A stretch of 64,000 nt of DNA. It comes from Auanema rhodensis. Lineage: Eukaryota > Animalia > Nematoda. This document shows positions 59,501 to 64,000 of this stretch, piece after piece. Both the position numbers and the translations under genes were made by a program. Under the pieces are notes generated by a model. The model worked only from the letters and a program-made list of their open reading frames with translations. It did no database searches and was not told the DNA's origin. The DNA is taken from NCBI GenBank assembly GCA_964057225.1, contig OZ059896.1, forward strand, positions 16,244,001 to 16,308,000, in the 5' to 3' direction. How positions within the stretch are numbered: the stretch's first letter is position 1; each line of letters opens with the position of its first letter.

Positions 59501-61511
59501 GAAAGCGCTTTCCTTACCGATTATAATTACTTCGACATATGCCGAAGAAATCAATAGTTGCAAGGACTCTAACATGTTCACCACAAAACTTATAGCGAAT
59601 CCTCATTGCTCCCCAGAAATGGCAACATGGACAGTGCTAATAACCATTATGGCAGTTACCCTCATAGTCTCTTGTCTATGCCGCATGGGCTACAGCCAAT
59701 ATAGATATAAGACATGGTCCAAAAACACTCAAACCATGCTCAACATCATGAAATTAAAACATAAAACAATCTCCGAACAAGAAGATCATGAAACTGATCA
59801 AAAAATAACAGAAGACCACAATGATACGTTGCAATTAAAACAAACGAACACACAAGACGCTAATATTGTGGATCATGAAACCTTTCAAAAGCATATTTAC
59901 CCTATTTTAAACCATACGAGAAAGCCACCAAAATTCTCTCTCTTTACTAGAGGGTCGCAAACATCTTTACCATCGTTACTGGCAATCATCTTGGCTTTAT
60001 GTATTGGAAGCTGCAGTTCATGTTCCGATGTTCATGTTCAACACTTCGTTAACATACGATGCGATGACAACTTAGCTTGTTATCACGAATACAGTCAAGA
60101 TATCATATTTTCTCCCGGAACAAAACAATTATGCATTACCATAACGCATTCTAATCATGAAATTGGTCAATTTAAAATAACTAAACTATATACTGAACAT
60201 GTCTGCCAAAAGAATACTAGATACTTCACTAGACAGACAACCGTCAACACATTGAGCATATTACGATGCCGTCACCGGGGCTCGTGTGACGGAACATGTG
60301 AAACTAACTCGCTCCATAATAAAATCGAGGAACTACAACCATATACGTTCCCTTCACAATCAGGTTGCTTCACATCGTCAGCGAGATTTTACACATGTCC
60401 TATGATTTGGACAGATCCTTGTCTTTTCTACAAAATAGAGCATATACCCGTCACTGAGGAAGTATACGAAGTCTATACTTGTGATAGTTGGTCCACCCAA
60501 ACCGTATTTAATATAGAAACAACATTACTCCAGCAGAAAAATAATTACAATATCACTCTACAACCTTACACGAAAAATCGTGAACAACTTTTCAATATAA
60601 CAACGTTATCACAATCACAACCTCCTCCAGAAATGTACACAAAATTATTTTTTTCCTCCAAAGAAAACACGTACATTACGGATATACACACAAAGGGAAT
60701 AATTCAATGTGCAACAGAGGAAGCCGCATTAAAACATTTTAATAACTGTACAGTATCCTCATTCTGCCCTTGCACATTCAATAGATTTGATGAAATAAAA
60801 TGTAGGTGTGATACCCCTACTTTTGAAAAAATGTCCAATACATCAGACATAAAATCTCCTAACCAAAACTTTAAAACTAAAGATAACACGTTATCATTCT
60901 CTACGAATTTAGACGAAAATTTAGTTACGGTCGATTCATCCCTATTCTTAAACTCAGTGATTTTCTCCAACAATTTGCCTTGCGCACCTGCCCTGACAAA
61001 ACTATCAGGTTGCTACTCCTGCGGGCAGGGTGCATTCGCAGAATTCCAATGCCTTACGGCAGAAGAAACATGGATTTCTATCGAATGTCAAAAAGAAGTA
61101 TTCATGATAAAATGCTCTCCAAAAGTAGCAATCACAAAAGTAACAATGAAAAGAGAAAATTCTCAGATTGATGAATTATGCTATACCACATGCGACAATA
61201 AAAAAATTAAGATCATTATTAAAGGAATATTACATCACATAGCAAGCATAGATGAAATAAACGAAAGTGACTCAAGTAAGGGTACAGAATCCAAATCCAT
61301 TGACTTCGCTCCAATCTTCAAGTTAATTTTATCAAAGTTGGGAATCATATTGATAGGCGTTGCAATAACCGCCACCATAGGATATGTGGCATGTACACCC
61401 ATCATGTACTGTGTAGTTTTGAATACAGTCTTAACCACACAATGGATAGCTACCAGGATATTCACACTGTGGATAAAATCAAAAGCCTTATTTCGGGATC
61501 AAAGATTTTAA
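53580..61511 (+). CDS. BEL Gag-PR-RT-RNaseH-IN-Env (phlebovirus Gc-like) polyprotein, 2643 aa
   Basis: Three Cys knuckles; LIDEGS; RIVFDAS; YVDN; FADAS; IN DLMGP/SDCA/GCWER; Cys-rich env CLFY..LSGCYSCGQGA with C-terminal TM. Confidence 0.94.
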   Translation: MSLLFVNHIKQSNQFLGELLTRYEMEVKDLPGILVDCDFHTEEEEETLSCLIIRWTKVQHQFKESLKNHQDNEKKFQKFYEASDKTLRKALDEQYIAFTSDEDFEPNIKKVQNAIIELDEHIMKAERILRKLRKTLHKNESEHNSNRSTENNETENKSNDQFLEIIKSFLHIQQTSIQKPAMSLPTFDGKPENFKSFWGRFDRLVHDNEQFTTLEKVNLLCESLKGDSQIAIRGIEPSAQNYELMREALVSEFGDYSSDINSLLTQLRNLKFASNNAKACKETFGETKALIRQIEAAGATVSREMCTAMILNKFPYHIVEDILIHPNNYHSTKEMLTAVDHKIYSFFLKEQTRNSHEQKFRNHKDNVTSVSHKDSTAEQRKTQTWPCVFCDSSEHRFYQCTTFETPEKRRYRIRGKAICWICFSDKHKSSECRKQKCRNCQGDHNSALCSQGRKSVQNIQKDKETPTFKKDQALLITTEELLNKKTTKYKQESDTNNRIPTEALNAPVSLNHIADTHNIEESQVILRTAMANIYNHNSKKYEQVRMLIDEGSMRSFISKDLSTRLGLPILGSQKRTFYGIGALSETHEVEDVKVIIGTSTGSLIVTKLFTKPMLTTPIRCPKLSNEDLKFIQRRKIKLANPKTNGESFTPDILIGMDRYKLFMHLNEETELPSRMRLKNSVFGHMIHGEAPLPDDNTQQEVILCSTLEEITKETSHKELLTNLFELDSIGINTENANADRTIDYYEEYSKDIKIENNRIIAPFPLKNNFKNLKNNKMPAYHRFVSLWRKLLHNPEMLSHYTTTIESYLKDNIVEQIPNNHQEPLEFYMPHHGVWKPSKANPLRIVFDASAKQKDSPSLNEIIHTGRSFITYIHDIMISCRTRPIIITCDIKAAFLQVQLTENHKNLCKFFWIKNKEYPISHNNIITLRFNRLPFGITASPSVLNMGIKWFLESKVDNPLAMEILHNLYVDNIILTANTTEEAIKKCKETQTLFSEINMHVREFLSNDEQVIQNLPEEDRYPNMTTKILGISFNKEHDSFIIPIKITTTHTSYTKRILLSQLHSIFDPIGLSAPILLPLKLILREIISTKLSWDQPIDSNSIKQWEQHITQINNKQLTMNRYFKFSEHETQLWVFADASNQAMAACSYFQTNGKISSLLNGKSRIAPKNKTTIPRLELLAIRLAVRMALSIVTICPKIAKVNIVSDSNIALSWIVSQKSLPLFINNQTNTIKKQLKQIEQICCNIELYHVQTSFNTADIGSRGADMEKLQVSDWIEGPHWLTKLSVHNPLTSLGSPNNSSRNNAELKSEHHNVVHIIIDNPPTHDIWNIRENYDDVIKTMTTVGKLFKKWFFTVHPNDANKLQKIKHLTSTDTHTVEDINIIEKILISNSQSNMSLDDLQQRHINLKFFKDTWDIYRVRSRLQNTLLPEETKNPIFLLKTNPIVKKLINKIHKDNNHQGKNFTLIQLRQKFYIPKITGVIKQTLKNCVTCKRFQSHPYELPDMPSLPKDRTILTRAFFSTGCDLMGPFTLRNGSKVHICLFTCMTTRAIHLEVVTNQSTVAFMNAFTRFISRRGTPEIIRSDCAGNFILSSKILETLEKTSDYNERSLLNTLAQQKIKWIYNTPLSPWKGGCWERLVGVTKASLKKCFIPSRMSLDDLHTAIVKIEAIINTRPLTHPHPDNLDTLPIRPIDFLTSAIKFSLPENNADTHIFDIHSDIQTIQSTEQALEALQLSEDSASKFWKRFQEEYLTSLKDIFKHKHHRKNHTNIFPQPDEIVLIQNDMLPRGTWKLGRIIETITSSDGNIRSAKVATSNGNIIIRSINQLYPLEIRCNTNSNKIIEDNSHIVQENNSSTDRTPHTDIVLDNILFDHPIEHTDQTIHENKDINDVSHNYDIAYDSDNSQHDNTYTPETENNEDATNDRPQNKTKQSSVKTAKHTEQDDVTEKEIIKAFPLKMSYATHQRKNKINPKVAADIMKALSLPIIITSTYAEEINSCKDSNMFTTKLIANPHCSPEMATWTVLITIMAVTLIVSCLCRMGYSQYRYKTWSKNTQTMLNIMKLKHKTISEQEDHETDQKITEDHNDTLQLKQTNTQDANIVDHETFQKHIYPILNHTRKPPKFSLFTRGSQTSLPSLLAIILALCIGSCSSCSDVHVQHFVNIRCDDNLACYHEYSQDIIFSPGTKQLCITITHSNHEIGQFKITKLYTEHVCQKNTRYFTRQTTVNTLSILRCRHRGSCDGTCETNSLHNKIEELQPYTFPSQSGCFTSSARFYTCPMIWTDPCLFYKIEHIPVTEEVYEVYTCDSWSTQTVFNIETTLLQQKNNYNITLQPYTKNREQLFNITTLSQSQPPPEMYTKLFFSSKENTYITDIHTKGIIQCATEEAALKHFNNCTVSSFCPCTFNRFDEIKCRCDTPTFEKMSNTSDIKSPNQNFKTKDNTLSFSTNLDENLVTVDSSLFLNSVIFSNNLPCAPALTKLSGCYSCGQGAFAEFQCLTAEETWISIECQKEVFMIKCSPKVAITKVTMKRENSQIDELCYTTCDNKKIKIIIKGILHHIASIDEINESDSSKGTESKSIDFAPIFKLILSKLGIILIGVAITATIGYVACTPIMYCVVLNTVLTTQWIATRIFTLWIKSKALFRDQRF

Positions 61512-61801
61512 AAGCATAAGAGAAGAATTTCTTGTGGAGATAAAATTTAAAACTAAAAATTGAAATAATAATGAAACAAAAGAAAAAGAAAGCATTATGT
61601 ACGAATATAACCATTGTAATAAAACAATATCATTGTTTTTCTTTCTTTTCAATTTATGGTAGTATCAAGTTTCTTTTATCAGTTACATAACACATAACCT
61701 TTTGTACAGGCTCTAAAATTCATTGTATCTGTAACAAGATAACCTAAACACACCATTGTACAATAAACTAATAGATGTTAATCAGCGTTTAAAGTCCAGA
61801 T

Positions 61802-62314
61802 GTGAACATGTATATAAGGATGCAGCTCATGTCTTTCCTATATTCCATGAAAATGGAAGATATTGTCTCGAATATAATTGAGAATGCTTCCTTTGAGGAA
61901 GAGCTCAAAAAATATTCCCATCTACCTAACACTGCTGCCAATCTGAGGCAACTAATTGTGCTTGAAAAGAGGCTCTACGAGCACCTAGCTAGCGCGGTGA
62001 ACCATCTATCCGAACGACTGGACAATATTCAACATTCGTTAAATCTGAAACTAGACAATTTGACCATTCAGACTGCTCCTAAAGCTTCATGTGTATTCTG
62101 CAATAAACCGACAGCTGATGGGCACCGTACTGCGGCCTGTCCGATTTATCCTTCCTCACCGGAACGCACTCTCCGTCTTCATGAACTGGGGTTATGCATC
62201 AGATGTTTGAATCAAAAACATCCAGCGATTTGCGAGGTATCCTGCTATAGATGTAAGGCGGATACGCATCATGGAGTGGTTTGTGGTGATATAAAACGTA
62301 AAAGACCTTTGTAG
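61802..62314 (+). CDS. BEL 3' accessory zinc-finger ORF (start possibly a downstream ATG near 61850)
   Basis: CVFC..DGHRT..CP..LCIRC..C...CYRC...HH..VC..KRKRP; conserved in other BEL copies in this window. Confidence 0.78.
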   Translation: MNMYIRMQLMSFLYSMKMEDIVSNIIENASFEEELKKYSHLPNTAANLRQLIVLEKRLYEHLASAVNHLSERLDNIQHSLNLKLDNLTIQTAPKASCVFCNKPTADGHRTAACPIYPSSPERTLRLHELGLCIRCLNQKHPAICEVSCYRCKADTHHGVVCGDIKRKRPL

Positions 62315-62409
62315 GCCTTCTTCTCATTCCCGCATTGCCGGGAGTGTCGCGATAAGCGAGTGAGTTTGTATAAATTTTATCTTCAACAATTGTTTTATTT
62401 GTTTCTCCT

Positions 62410-62465
<56 letters not shown>

Positions 62466-62741
62466 TTCTTCTTTCTTCTAACTTCCTAAGTAATTTTTAT
62501 CCATACCACATGTTGTGTTATACATGTGGCATGACTAATTCTTTGTTTCAGGCTGACGACCGCCCACGAGAAGAGATCAGTCTTACATTTTTCAACGTTC
62601 GCAGTCAGTGATTTTATTCCGTGCTTGTCTTGTTAATTCATCAATAAACCCTTTTCTACATATTCGCTTTGTGTTTTACTTCCAACCATACTATACACTT
62701 GTGGTATAACGCCACAATTCTGAAAAGAAAGGTAAGCATTC

Positions 62742-62860
62742 GCTTACGACCATACCACGTTGAAAATACGCCATCCCGTCCGATCTGGCAAGTCAAGCAA
62801 CGTTGGGCCCGGTTAGTACTTGGATCGGAGACGGCTTGGGAATCCCGGGTGCCGTAAGCT
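62742..62860 (+). rRNA. 5S rRNA
   Basis: Full-length copy. Confidence 0.95.
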
Positions 62861-62961
62861 TTTTCTTTTTCTCACTTTCTCATCTAGTTTGTAATCAGTA
62901 GTTACCTATATGGTATACGGTTATCTGGAAATGTTTTCATTTTCCGAGACAATTCTTAGAC

Positions 62962-63102
62962 AGCTTTGCGCAGTGGCGATAACGTGACCAATGAGGCTTT
63001 GCCGAGGTGCGTTTATTGCTGGTTGAAAACTTTTCCCAATTACCCGCGATATTCCCTGAAACATGGGTGATATACGCAATTTTTGAATGCCTGATAAGGC
63101 TG
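62962..63102 (+). ncRNA. U4: U4 snRNA
   Basis: Consensus copy. Confidence 0.95.
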
Positions 63103-63212
63103 AATGGCATATTATGGAAGAATGTTCCACGTGAAAAGACGTCAATTTTCAAAATCAAACTAAAACGAACGGTTGCACTGCATACATATTCTGAAAAGAA
63201 AGGTAAGCATTC

Positions 63213-63331
63213 GCTTACGACCATACCACGTTGAAAGTACGCCATCCCGTCCGATCTGGCAAGTCAAGCAACGTTGGGCCCGGTTAGTACTTGGATCGGA
63301 GACGGCTTGGGAATCCCGGGTGCCGTAAGCT
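63213..63331 (+). rRNA. 5S rRNA
   Basis: Full-length copy. Confidence 0.95.
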
Positions 63332-63432
63332 TTTTCTTTTTCTCACTTTCTCATCTAGTTTGTAATCAGTAGTTACCTATATGGTATACGGTTATCTGGA
63401 AATGTTTTCATTTTCCGAGACAATTCTTAGAC

Positions 63433-63573
63433 AGCTTTGCGCAGTGGCGATAACGTGACCAATGAGGCTTTGCCGAGGTGCGTTAATTGCTGGTTGAAAA
63501 CTTTTCCCAATTACCCGCGATATTCCCTGAAACATGGGTGATATACGCAATTTTTGAATGCCTGATAAGGCTG
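63433..63573 (+). ncRNA. U4: U4 snRNA
   Basis: One substitution relative to consensus. Confidence 0.92.
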
Positions 63574-63683
63574 AATGGCATATTATGGAAGAATGTTCCA
63601 CGTGAAAAGACGTCAATTTTCAAAATCAAACTAGAACGAACGGTTGCACTGCATACATATTCTGAAAAGAAAGGTAAGCATTC

Positions 63684-63802
63684 GCTTACGACCATACCAC
63701 GTTGAAAGTACGCCATCCCGTCCGATCTGGCAAGTCAAGCAACGTTGGGCCCGGTTAGTACTTGGATCGGAGACGGCTTGGGAATCCCGGGTGCCGTAAG
63801 CT
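63684..63802 (+). rRNA. 5S rRNA
   Basis: Full-length copy. Confidence 0.95.
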
Positions 63803-63903
63803 TTTTCTTTTTCTCACTTTCTCATCTAGTTTGTAATCAGTAGTTACCTATATGGTATACGGTTATCTGGAAATGTTTTCATTTTCCGAGGCAATTCTTA
63901 GAC

Positions 63904-64000
63904 AGCTTTGCGCAGTGGCGATAACGTGACCAATGAGGCTTTGCCGAGGTGCGTTTATTGCTGGTTGAAAACTTTTCCCAATTACCCGCGATATTCCCTG
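63904..64000 (+). ncRNA. U4: U4 snRNA (cut by window end)
   Basis: 5' 97 nt of U4. Confidence 0.9.

Larger units (their letters stand above)
52920..62716 (+). mobile_element. Full-length BEL/Pao (Belpaoviridae) element with env
   Basis: LTRs 52920-53303 and 62345-62716, TG..CA, appearing to differ only in (CT)n length; ATTCT TSD; PBS TGGTGCATCGGC (tRNA-Gly type) at 53307. Confidence 0.96.
16536..64000 (+). repeat. Tandem 5S rRNA-U4 snRNA array, 471-bp unit, interrupted by many elements
   Basis: Period 471 (5S starts at 62742, 63213, 63684 and at 51998, 52469); runs off the window end. Confidence 0.97.

Noticed and set aside
16645-63716. Recurrent short ORFs (MTSFHVEH.., MRLLLVENF.., MAYFQRG.., MHCIHI..)
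   Set aside because: Chance frames across U4, 5S, spacer and LTR; they recur only because the unit is repeated.
33646-64000. SL1 spliced-leader gene in the 5S spacer
   Set aside because: GGTTTAATTACCCAAGTTTGAG is not present on either strand of the unit; the Sm-site RNA in the spacer is U4.
46835-64000. CRISPR-like array
   Set aside because: Units are 471-bp near-identical eukaryotic gene repeats without unique spacers; no cas genes.

Overview
AT-rich eukaryotic DNA, almost certainly from a nematode (short GT-AG introns, srx-type serpentine receptors, nematode-type U4 snRNA, tRNA-type primer-binding sites). 1-11 kb: two srx-like chemoreceptor genes and (AG)n microsatellites. 11.5-16.4 kb: decayed Polinton/Maverick, Merlin-like and DD37D mariner fragments. 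From about 16.5 kb to the window end: a tandem array whose 471-bp unit carries one 5S rRNA gene and one U4 snRNA gene on the same strand, with no SL1. The array is heavily invaded by mobile elements. (i) An 11.5-kb Ty3/Gypsy-type element with an intact 2946-aa gag-ENV(gB-like)-PR-RT-RH-IN polyprotein, bounded by ~550-bp terminal INVERTED repeats and an ATAT duplication instead of direct LTRs. (ii) An intact 9.8-kb BEL/Pao element with a phlebovirus-Gc-like env and a 3' zinc-finger ORF, plus a deleted relative. (iii) A third BEL family whose LTR sits at the same nucleotide inside 5S four times. (iv) Two MULE-like transposases. (v) A 24.3-30.7 kb mosaic containing endogenised sobemo-like RNA-virus RdRp and serine-protease/VPg fragments joined to retroelement ends. 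All family assignments rest on motif recognition by eye; no searches were run.
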